A stretch of DNA of 63,325 nucleotides from Girardia tigrina (taxonomy: Eukaryota), in NCBI GenBank assembly GCA_001938485.1, contig MQRK01221508.1:88166-151490 (forward strand), given 5' to 3'. Shown here piece by piece: positions 26,001 through 38,941 of this stretch (its first letter is position 1; each line of letters starts with the position of its first letter). The notes below the pieces were generated by a model. The model was not told the origin of the DNA, made no database searches, and was given only the letters and a program-made list of their open reading frames with translations. Made by a program: the position numbers and the translations under genes.

Positions 26001-29000
26001 CTTTTACATGGCCATGGAAACTAAATTGTTTTTATCAAATGAAAAATAATCTAAAAGAAAATTCCCCTTACCAAAGAAATGTCAAAATTCCAATTGACCA
26101 AATATCTGAATTAAAATGAACGGGTTCCCCCTTCAATAACTCCGGTGCGCTAAATGGAGACGTTGTGAATACGTGACGACGATTTCTGAAATCTTCTTCA
26201 CGTACGGCATTTGAAAATCCACATAATTTTACAATTTCATTATATTTTCCGGTCATGATTATGTTTTCGGGCTATGGAAGATTAAAACAAGTTTGAAGAA
26301 AACTTTGCCATACTTTTATGTCCAAATGGCTGATCCCATGATGGTGCAAATGGGCGGCCGCTTGAATCAATTGATGAATGATGGGTCGTATCTGGGATTC
26401 GCACCAGTGGTTTAGACCGGATAAGTATTCAACTAGGGATAAACCTTGAAGTCTGAATAATGTTTAAATTTTTAGTTTAGAAAATGACAGATTAAAATAA
26501 ATAAATTTTTTAGATTTTACCTAAAAAGAATATTGTTTTTGATAAAATAAAATACATCAAAAATAATTTTAATCACTACGTTTTGTATTTCAAATTTTAT
26601 ATTATGGTTTTTTGATTTGTAAATATAATTAATATGAGAGTCAAAAAACTGAAAAATCATTCAACAAACACTTATCGCGATACAAGTTCAAGATTCCCCT
26701 CAAAACAAAACTAATATCTCATGATTTTTAATTCGTCAAATAATTTACAAAATTATTTTAATTTAAAATTTTAACAAAAATTAAATAATTACGTAAAACA
26801 AAAAAAGTACCGTGTTTCGCACAATATAAGACACTATCCAATATTAATCGATGTAACGAAAAAGTTAATAAGTCTTATACTAAATAGGTCTTATAAATAA
26901 ATTATTATAAATTAATTATGATAAATATTTTTATTATAAATAAGAGTTTTATAATTATAAATAAATAATGAACTCAGAAAGTAAATGCAGAAAATAAGAA
27001 AATACGTTTTTATACATCAATATAGATTTCATCATCTTCCATTTCTTTCTCATCAATTGTTACATTTGATGGTTCTTCATTACGATTCTGTTTAATACAA
27101 ATTCACGTATTTTTTACCTAACTTCTCATGCTTAGCAATATAGGTGTCATTAAACTGCTTTTCGGGAGTGAGATAACTTGCACGTAATGCATTCTCAACT
27201 GTATCCCGAGTAATTCAATCCCAGGAATTCTTCACCCACCTTGACACTTCTTGAATACCTGGCTTGACGTAATTACTCCTTTCATTTTTGATTTGTCTTA
27301 GTTCAATAAAATCATTTATCTCTATCCTTAAAAAATCTTTAAAAAGGCTTGTTGATAGCCAAATCTAATGATTGTAAGTAAGCCGTCATACCTGAGGGAA
27401 TCATAACCTGATCAATTTTCTTTCCACTTAAAAACTCTTTCATCGCTAGTGCTCTGTTTGTACTAGCAGAATCCCAAATAAGAAGTCCTTTTCTACCACA
27501 CCTGAGAACTAAAAGAATAGTGATGTCAATCCATTTTTTGATGAAATCTTGGGTACACTATGCTTTTGGACTTTTTATGATATAGACCCCATTAACCTTC
27601 TCTAATGTCTTCTTAGTTCCTTTAGTAATAATACATGGGACTACTTTCGAAACATTCATTCTTATAGCCCAAATACAGGTTATTCTAGTGCTTTCATAAC
27701 CGGTAGATGGAACATAGACCGAGGTGGCACCTTTTAAGTTTATTATGGTTTCAGCAGACTGACCTAAGTAAACAGAAGTTTCATCCATAGCTACAATATT
27801 CGTCAATTGGTAGCTAGTAAAATCAATACCGTCAATAAATTGTTTGTACTGCATGGCGGATGATCTCAGTATCTTCAATTTTAAAAAGAGAAGTTGATCT
27901 AAGAAACTCATTCTACTAAGAAACTCATCAAGCCATTTGTTCGAGGCTTTGAAGTTATTGGAGGAAATCGCATGTTCATTCGCAATATAAAGGGCGACCT
28001 CCTGGACATCTAATCTCTGGACTACGAAAATTGGCCTCTCTTCGAGTCAAAATCCAATTAAAAATGTAATCTTCCGCTAAATTCAGGTTTCCTCCCTGCA
28101 CCCTTTCTACTGCTTCCTTGCACTTGCATGTCATTTAGGAGTAGATATTTGTAATCTGCTCGCCATTTACGAACAAGTCGCAGGTCCAACTTCTTTTCTT
28201 TACAATATTGCGTCAAATTTTTGTTTCTTCATTCTTTAAGGACATTAATTTTGAAATTAATTGTATAACTTTTCCTTTTAATAATGGATGATTTAAATTT
28301 TTTTAAAAATAATAAATATTTTTATTTAAGCAAAATTGATTTTAAAAATTTAATTTTTAAATAATTTGAATTTAATTTATTAAAAAAACTTAGAAAATTT
28401 GCCATAAATCTGTAGTAGATCTTATACCAGGGGGTGTCATATATTGTGCGAAACTCGGAACATAAAGTTTAAAAATCTAAAAAGTTTGTAATTATTAAAG
28501 TCGATATATTTCATAACGAAAATATTTAGTAAAAGTTTTAAAATAAGAATTTTAAAATAAATAATAAAAAATATAAATTAAATAAAATTTATAATGTAGA
28601 ACGAAATTATTTTGAAAGAAATTAAAACTAGACAAAGTTACATATTTTTTACAAAATTATTTAAAAAATAAAAAGTTTATTATAAATAAATTTCAAATAA
28701 GTTAAATATCTTTTAACAAAAATAGTAAACTTCCATACATAAAATTTAATAGTGAAAGTTTCATAAATTTATACAAAAGTAGAAAATTAATTTTAAGTAA
28801 AGTGTAATAAAAGAATTTTGGCGAAATGATTAAATTGAATTTACAAGAATAAATTTGTTTAAATTTTTGTGTTTTTATGTTTTAAAAATTCTAAAATTTT
28901 GAATGTATTGTTTAAGTTAACATTATTTTATAATGTATTAATTGTAAGTAGCGTTTATGCCACTTTCATTATTATCAGATTCAGGCTCATAATTCAACAC

Positions 29001-32000
29001 CAAAATTTTTACTATGACAACAATTCACATATTTAAACAAATTTTTTGTTAATTCAATTATCTCACCAAAAATTAATTTATTAAATTTTTTTTTATTCAG
29101 TTTTTAAAATTTAGCAAATAGCTCCAGCATACTGGCCATTGTAAGATGCTTTTCTGACGGCATATCCGGTTCTAAAATAAATGCTTCTCGTAGCTTATCA
29201 TTATGTATGCCATGGACTACAATTGCTTTAATAATTTCATCCATTGCTTCTGGCCTCTTAAAAATTTCGGTAACTAATGATCTTACCCGTAACTCGAAAC
29301 ATTGATATCGTTCGTCGTGTCGTTGAGAAACGTTGCTCAGCTCCTTGACTTTGTCCACGACACTCCTCGGTTTGGTAAATGTTGATAGAAACCATCTACT
29401 CACTTCTTCGTACGACAAATCTTTCCGATTAGCACTAAATTCGTTCCATAACAGACGGCAGTCCCCTCGTAGAAGCATGTCGAAGGCAAATAACATTTCC
29501 ATTTGGTTGAATAACGCAAACTCCTTTGTTTCGTCCAGCCATTTCTCTGCGTTATCCGCTTTACCATCAAAAAATGATACCTTCGGTGTCATTTTTTGAG
29601 CAGCAAGTGGTAATTTTGAAAATAATTTTCTTCTCTCTTCCGCTCTGCTCACTGCGCAAATCACCGGTTTGGTTTCGAGATTTGATTGGCTGTGGTCGCC
29701 AGTAAGAACACAATCGAAATCCATCAGAATAAATATATTTAAAATCTAACACAAATAATCAAATATTAAAACAACAGCAATAATTGAATATTAAAAGAAC
29801 ATTCAATTATCCAACTAGTATATTTAACAAGATGGTTGGTAATCCTCCTATTGACCAAGTATATATTGAACTTTTCACCTAAATTGGATATGTATTTGTA
29901 CAAGTTTAAATCATGCAACTGTTTATTTTTGTGTCTTTTGTACTATGCATATGTTTTTCATGAAAATAATTTAATGTTTACTTGAATGTTTTGAAGTATC
30001 ATTAATCAATGAAGTCTGTAAAGCATTTTCTACAAAATAAATTTATAACTATACGAAACAAAGTTACACAGAGTTCTAACCACTCAATGAAGATGTGTAT
30101 TAGTTACTAGTCCCATGTTACTTGTTGTATGTGATTTATGATTTCAGAAAGTTCTATATATGTATATATACACGTATCATATTCACTTATGACTTCTCAA
30201 TGTTTGTATGAACCCTTTTTTGATAAACATATTTGAAGAAGACTATCAAGATACATCCATAAAATATATCAAGAAGAGAAATTTTGATTAAACCGACGAT
30301 CACCACCATCAAAAAAAAGATCAAGCTTAAATATGTCGAAAGAATACAAATAAATCATAAAGAAAAATTTATCAAAATATATTCGAATCAAAAAAAATAA
30401 AAGCAGAAAAATCTGATGGAAATTTCTGATTATATCTTGGTAATAAAAAATAACTGGATAATTAATTTTATAATTCTAATCTCCCACAGAAATATGGGAT
30501 ATTTGAATTCAAAAATTAAAAAAAATCATTAATAAAATTAATTATCAAATACTGATTCATTTTTATAATGAATGAATTCAGTAATTTTCGACGACCACTA
30601 TTGCAATTTTTGATGATGAAACTATGATATTTTTCTTCAAACATATATGACAATCGTTACTACAAGTCGAAACCAATTATTAAAGATCTCAACTGAATCG
30701 TTTCTCGCTATACTACCTGAATAATTATAAAAAAGAATATCAATTCTGAGATGAACTACACCTTTAATTTACGATTTGAAAGTAACAGTTTATTATTTTA
30801 TAGCAGTTGTAATTGTTCTCTGTGAACTATTTTTCGGTTATTGTTTATAGATAATACAGTTATTTTGAACATTTATTTATTTTGCTACTACTGATCTCAG
30901 CGAACTAGATTGTTGGATTAGCTCAGTAATTTACACATCATATAGAATAACGCACTTATCCATCCATTCGATCCGATAAGTGAGTTATTTTGTATACTTA
31001 CCATTCTATATTCAATGTAGTTGTGAATTTCTTCTTGTAGTGACCACAATTTATTAATTTAATTATTATCAATTTAATTATTAATTTAATTTTAACAATC
31101 AAAATTTAATAACAAAAAAATGTGTAAAAAATACAAAATTTAATTTTTAAAAACAATGGAGTGAATCGATTACATTAAAACAGAAAAAAATATTTTTAAA
31201 TAATTTAAAAATAAATTTTTCGTGTTGGAATGCATTTTCAATTGCTCATTATTATGTTTTCAACAAAAATCTGATTTTTTTTTATTTTACGATTAAAAAT
31301 CCGACGTTAAATAATCCCATGAATGATTACTCGTCAAATCCGATCGGTTACCACGAGAACTACATCCAAAAACCGGACATTTACAATCAATTCTACAATC
31401 AAGCCCATTTTTTAGCGCCAGGAATCAACGTCTACGACTCAAAAATATATTCGATTCCCGAGTCCGATCCGATTTTGCAATCGTCTAATATCAGCAACAA
31501 TCACATCAACTCGACCAGGTTACTCAACCAGTCGCTCTCGACCGGTTTCAATCTGTCTCAATTGGATCAATTAGCGACCAACAACAACGGTAACACATCA
31601 CCAATCATATCAACAGCACCAACGGCGAGGAATTCGATTTCCCCGTGCTATCAACGCATCTCAGCTCGTTCGCCCTAAAATCGAATTGACGTCGTTCCGG
31701 AGCTGTCGGGCAAGATTGCGACCCCCACTATATCCCAACGCCATCCGAAACCGGTAGGTTATTATTATTTTTGAACAGTTTCTCGCGAAATAAACTCCAG
31801 GGTCACTGGTCGGTGATTGGACCCGTTGAATCCACAGCGAAGCGGCACAGCGTCCCCACAACACTTCTTTTAAATAATCTTTGAATGACTTATTTATCCA
31901 CTCAACCAATATATCTTCAAGCATAGGAAGAAGGACTTTTATCCCGCCATCCTCTATTCTAGATGTTCTTCCTTGCATGGCTGAATCTCTAAATTTAATT

Positions 32001-34671
32001 TCATTGGCCTTCCAAAGTTTTACCATTCGTAAATCAAGCATTTTTCTACGACAAAACTCAGCCATCAATTGGTTAGAAGAATGAAGTTCTTCTATAATTT
32101 AAAGCTTAAACTCAATAGTAAAGTTTTTTCTCGGGACTAGGTGAGTCATGTTTTGCATTTTAAAAAACAGCAATGTTTTACGAAGAATAATCTATGTTAT
32201 TAAAAAAACACGATATTTTGAAAAAAATAGTTATTAATACTTTTTTTCAAAATGTTCCACCACTAAAAAATTTTTTAAAAAATTTATATAAATGAGTAAA
32301 AAAAGCGTGTTTTTTAATATTTTGATTTTTTACAACATATTTTCTGGTGGCTAGTAATAAGCTAGTGGTTTGTATTAATTTTTTTTACAAAATAGAAGAA
32401 AAACGCATGAGTTGCTTGTAATAGGGCGAACACGGTAATATTTTTTCCTTCCACTTGTCTGAGTGATGTTTGAGTTAGAGAGTTAAGCATAAAAGAATTA
32501 CATAAATAAATATAATTTAATTAATATTAATAAATAAATAAGTATCCGTCATTTCAGTGACTATAAATGTACCTGTATTTTTAAAGTTAAAGAACAAAAG
32601 GAGCTAAATAGACATCTCAACCGGGATCACACGTAATCCACAGTAAGCATCCCTCTTCAGCTCCCAGAAGATGAAAAACCGTTCAAATGTACCAAATGCA
32701 GCAAAGGTTACAAAACGAAAGGATGGTTCACTATGCATCTGCGTAAAGATCATCGAATAGAAGCGAGGGAGAATATCAGTGAACATCCGACAGAATCATC
32801 AGTGCAATCCAACAGAAGAAGCGACAATCCAGACAGAGACGAAGAACCCACACTTATCCAAACGACCAATTTTCAGCCAGCAACAGTCACCCCGACTATT
32901 TCAACGGTGGTGGAGCAAATGACTTATCCCGAAGATACACATTTGACTTTTAGGATCGCAGATCCAAATGCGAGGGGAAAGTTCAAATGTCCCTTTCGCG
33001 GCTGTACCAAGTCCACCAATACAGCTCAATCATGGTACCACAATTCATGATTGGTCGTTTGCAACAGGGAAGCCTAAGAAATTTCGGAGACTGAAGCACT
33101 CCGTCCCCGTAGGAGGCTTATCGGGAGGCAGCTAGCACTCTTTAGTTTGGGTGGACCCTCTAAAGAGCCTAGTGGCACAATACCATTTGAAAGAGATGGG
33201 AGGCCCACCTGTATTTTTAAAATATTCATAATGATTTTGAATTTTTAATCATTGAATTGTTTATTATTTTATTTTATATTTGATGTTATATGAAGGCACT
33301 TTTTTCTTTAACATATTAAGATATATCGATGCTTTTCACGAAATGTAAAATTTTTAAGGTAATTTTATCCTGAATAAAAATTTTAAATATTGAAGTCAAG
33401 TGAATTATGAATTTTATGAATTTTATTTTATAATATACGAATGGCTAAATACTTATGCGGAATATTTATCTCTGGAAAATCAGTTATGGGATACAAGAAA
33501 GCCTAGTACCAAAACACTCCAAACTAAGACCTTCGATCTTGAATGGTAAATATAGTTGGGTTCTTCATCATTTATTGAATTACATAGATAAAGTAAATGT
33601 TGATAATAATATGGAGCTTTGTGTTCTGTGTAAAAACTGAGATTATAAAATCCTGTTCAATAGCGTATTTATGAGCTGTAACGTGTAAGTCTGAATTTTA
33701 AAGTTCTTTTATTGTTTCAATAGTTTCAACTATAATTTTTTTTCATTTCCTTCTAGAACCAAATCAAAGTTTACATATATATATATATAAATATATATTA
33801 ATAATAAAAATCTAACTCTGTTAAGTTTTAAATGTCACAATCTAAAGCGTGTAACGCCAGATACGCATGGTTAATATTTCCGTTAGAATTGCCAAAACAT
33901 AGTACCACTAAAAGTATCAAAGTTGAATATACAAAAAAATGTGATTAGTATTTTTATCATAAAAGTGTAAAATTAAGTAGACTTAAGTAGTAAGTAAGAA
34001 TATTTGGAAAAAAATAATAAAAAACAACTGAAATAAGCTTAAAAGCTTAATCATATTTCTACATTAATGTCACCATAGGGTATGTTTGAGTGTTTAAGTA
34101 ATGTTTTCGTTACGCATTAACGACAAAATTTTATAGTATATGAGATCGTCTTTGATAACCTTTTAAGATCTGGTTCTAGAGCGAAATAAAAAAAGAGTTT
34201 AATTAGAAACTATAAAATCAATAAAAGGACTTTAAAATTATATAAGTAAAAGTAGATCCGAAGCTCGACTATTTTGATAAGAATCATCATATTAACCTCC
34301 AGACTATACTTTTAAGAAGAAGGGAATATTGGTTAATAAGCATCTAGACGTCTAATGATACACAAAAAAGATACAGGAACCATGAATGATAAGGAATGAG
34401 TCCTAAAAAGGATATTTCCTCATATTCAAAACAGACAAAAAATATGATTGAAGGTTTCGAGTCATATCAGAACGAAAACAACAAATTTTTTCATAAATCC
34501 CTAATATTATCGATGTAGCAATATTTATATAAATAATATTAAAACTTATTACTGAAGATGTTTAGACTCCATTTACCATAATAATGATAATGTCAATTTA
34601 GAAACAGAACGACTGAATCTTTATCAGAAACAGATGTCAGAAAGGTTAACCTAGGACTAATCATTAGGAGA

Positions 34672-34725
<54 letters not shown>

Positions 34726-37700
34726 CAAATAATAGTACTTACTTTTCGTAAACCAAAACTAAATATTGATCTGCCATGGAAATTGCATCGAATATTTCCA
34801 CAATATTTCTATTATTTATATTTTGAATGCACAGGAATTCCGAATTTCCAACTCCTATGTTATTAACATCGAAAAACTTTCCTATAAATTCACATTCTGT
34901 TGATTTTTCAATTAATATTTGGCAAGTACTGTAGGATCCTCTGAAATAAAATGTTTGATAATCTTGTTATTGTTTTTTACATCATCAGAATTGAAAATCA
35001 CAATACAAAACAAACGAAAACCAACTTGGTCAACTTCCTCATTGTATAATATCTATCATTGATATCTCCTTCATTGATCTGTACAGATTTTCGTTCTGGT
35101 TGAGCTAGAAAAACGTTAATGGTATTGAAAGGAAGGTTTTACGAATAGTAAATTTACCATCAATTCTCAAATTAAACTTGATTTCAGCGAACCCCGCCGC
35201 ATTTTCAGCTCTTATGCTATATTCTCCACTGTCCGACAAAATACATTTAGAAATCAGTAAGGAATATATTCCAGTTTCTTTATTTTCGGAAATAACGGTT
35301 CGATAACTGGAAAACATTTTTTTCCAATTTCGTCTCCAAACAACTTCCGGTGGCGGTTGTGCATCTATTTGAATGGAAATAAACAAATTCTCATGAAGGT
35401 TTAAACTTCTGTTTGGAAGACAATTCAAAAATGTTGGTGCATCTATAAAATTAACGTTCAGAAAAACAAATGTTTGAGTTATCAATATAAACCTGATTTA
35501 ATAAGAATAAAAGATTGTATGACCTCTTGAGAATTGTTTAGAGCACAATATTCTCCAAAATCTTCAGCTTCGAGATTTTTAACAACGAAATATATACCAT
35601 AGGATTCAGCAGAGTAAATTTTGTACTTTTCTAAAATATTTTTAAAAATGAAAAATAATAAAACTGTATTTCTTTAAGATTCTTTACCATTTATAGACAT
35701 TTAAAAAACATTAAATAAATTTGGGATAAAATAATATAAAATATTACTCTTTAAGTTCTAATTGCAAGTTATATCAATCTTTGAATTCATAATAACAGAA
35801 TTAAATAATTTTTTTACAAACAAATTTCTACTTTCTATGAAAAATCAATTTGTCGATATTTATTTTATTAATAATCTTTTATTCTTAAATCCTGATTAAT
35901 TTTTTAAAACTCAAAATTAAAAATGTTTAATTAATCGGATTTTAATTTAAACTAATATATTCTACCATAATATTAGGTTGTTCGATATGAAACGGGTCAA
36001 AATTAAAGTAAAATGTAAATCGATTTTTTTTAAATAATAACATTTTATTTTTAATCAAAATATCCCCCCATGTTGTCAACACANNNNNNNNNNNNNNNNN
36101 NNNNNNNNNNNNNNNNNNNNNNNNNNNNNNNNNNNNNNNNNNNNNNNNNNNNNNNNNNNNNNNNNNNNNNNNNNNNNNNNNNNNNNNNNNNNNNNNNNNN
36201 NNNNNNNNNNNNNNNNNNNNNNNNNNNNNNNNNNNNNNNNNNNNNNNNNNNNNNNNNNNNNNNNNNNNNNNNNNNNNNNNNNNNNNNNNNNNNNNNNNNN
36301 NNNNNNNNNNNNNNNNNNNNNNNNNNNNNNNNNNNNNNNNNNNNNNNNNNNNNNNNNNNNNNNNNNNNNNNNNNNNNNNNNNNNNNNNNNNNNNNNNNNN
36401 NNNNNNNNNNNNNNNNNNNNNNNNNNNNNNNNNNNNNNNNNNNNNNNNNNNNNNNNNNNNNNNNNNNNNNNNNNNNNNNNNNNNNNNNNNNNNNNNNNNN
36501 NNNNNNNNNNNNNNNNNNNNNNNNNNNNNNNNNNNNNNNNNNNNNNNNNNNNNNNNNNNNNNNNNNNNNNNNNNNNNNNNNNNNNNNNNNNNNNNNNNNN
36601 NNNNNNNNNNNNNNNNNNNNNNNNNNNNNNNNNNNNNNNNNNNNNNNNNNNNNNNNNNNNNNNNNNNNNNNNNNNNNNNNNNNNNNNNNNNNNNNNNNNN
36701 NNNNNNNNNNNNNNNNNNNNNNNNNNNNNNNNNNNNNNNNNNNNNNNNNNNNNNNNNNNNNNNNNNNNNNNNNNNNNNNNNNNNNNNNNNNNNNNNNNNN
36801 NNNNNNNNNNNNNNNNNNNNNNNNNNNNNNNNNNNNNNNNNNNNNNNNNNNNNNNNNNNNNNNNNNNNNNNNNNNNNNNNNNNNNNNNNNNNNNNNNNNN
36901 NNNNNNNNNNNNNNNNNNNNNNNNNNNNNNNNNNNNNNNNNNNNNNNNNNNNNNNNNNNNNNNNNNNNNNNNNNNNNNNNNNNNNNNNNNNNNNNNNNNN
37001 NNNNNNNNNNNNNNNNNNNNNNNNNNATCTGTCAAGAAATACCTTATTTATTTTCATACGATAGTTCAAAGTTAAGTTATACGCGATTGAAATGTAAGGT
37101 GTGAAGTTTGACCCGTTTCATATCGAACAACCTAATATTTAGTTTACAACTATAAAAAATATTTAATAAATTATAATCTTTTAATTTCAAATTATTCAAA
37201 TCAATTAAAATATTAAAAATTATTTAAAAGCTCAAAATTATTATTTTTAAAAATTATATATTTCATAAATTATAATTTATTTCAATTGTATTAAGAAAAT
37301 TTATTTCCGAATTTAATTTAAAATATTCGTATACAAAATTTATATTTTAAAATTTAAGCGTTTTTTAAGTTTTTAAATTATTTAAATTATTATTAGTGAA
37401 ATGAATATTAACTAATTCATAACAGCAGGGGTCTCCAAACTTTTAATGCATTTTGGATGGAGCGTTTGAAGATAGTCCTGCGGGTCACATATATAAATTA
37501 TGGTATTAAAAACGCATAATCAGTGAATACACAGATAAATTATACGTTTATTAATAATATGAACATATAAAATTATAATTGTAATTACATTATAGTGCAA
37601 ATTTTGATAATATATTCAAAACAATAACATTAAATTCCATTTAATAAATATTTCTAAAAAATTGGACGATTAACAGGAGTTCTAACTAGTGAGAATAGTG

Positions 37701-38897
37701 TAACTGTTGTTGATTTTCTAAAATATGAGTAATCCGGTTTAATCTTCGAAGCACTAATCATAAGTATTTTAAATGTGAGTCTGACAAGGAAGTTCTGTAT
37801 TTTGATTTGATATACTTCATTTTGGAAAATATTTGTTCGCAAAAATAAGTCTCGCCAAACATAGAAGTAAACTTGCAAGTAAATGTTTTTAAATTTGGAA
37901 ATTGGTCCAAATCCATTTTTTATGAAAATCAATCAAGTTTTCTTCCCTATATTTATTTATTGTTAATAATAATAATATTAAATACTGTTATATTTTATGA
38001 AGTTATATTTTGAAGTTCAATAATATGAAGTTCCACTTTAGTTAACAAAATCTTCTGTTATAAAAAGAGTGATAATTACCGTCATTCATATTAATTTCCG
38101 ATTTGTTGAAGGTCCAATAAATTTGATCAACATTATAATCCACAAGTTTTGTGAATTTCAGTTCGGCATTTTGTGAAAGGCAACAAAACACTTCAGACGT
38201 CGTACTTGGTCTATCTAAAAAACGATTGTCTTTAATAAAAATAACAAAAGCAATGTCAAATTAGATATTAAAGTTAAAGTAATCATGTTATAATAATTAT
38301 GGCAATATATTATCGTGTTGAGATTTGTTCTTTGATTTAGATTAATCGCTCATATTTATGATTATGCGTGTTAAATCAAGTTGCCAGATAAAATGCAATA
38401 AATAACATAAGGCAACGGAAGTTTCATATGAGTTTCCGAAATGATACAATGCAGTTCAAGTGATGAAGAAGTTTGCTGAAGTTTTTGGTGAACATGTAGT
38501 TACCATTCACTCAGTTCAACTTTATGTTAAACAGTTCAGAAAAGGAGATCATAACTTAGCAGAGGCAACTTGTTTATACAGGCTTCATGTGTTGATGACG
38601 GAAATTTCAAATCTGAACTTAAAGAGGAAAAATACTTCACTGCAAGTAACGCTTGGTGTTTTAAAACCTTTATTCATAAAAAAAGGACTCATTCAATAAT
38701 AGTCTTACTTAACGGTTCCATGAAAATTCGACACATTTATTAATTCGAAATATTTTTCATTCGACGCAGTAAAAGTTAATTTGACAATAAGACGACACAA
38801 ATTTTTTGATTCGATACAAAATTTAATATGAACAAATGTTTTAAAAATTCATTCGTTTACAATTCAGTCTGCCATATTATTTACAACACAGATTTCA

Positions 38898-38941
<44 letters not shown>

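Noticed and set aside
30910-30985. TAGCTCAG...TTCGATCC tRNA-like boxes (also near 22420-22440)
   Set aside because: No cloverleaf can be built; at most a decayed SINE head.
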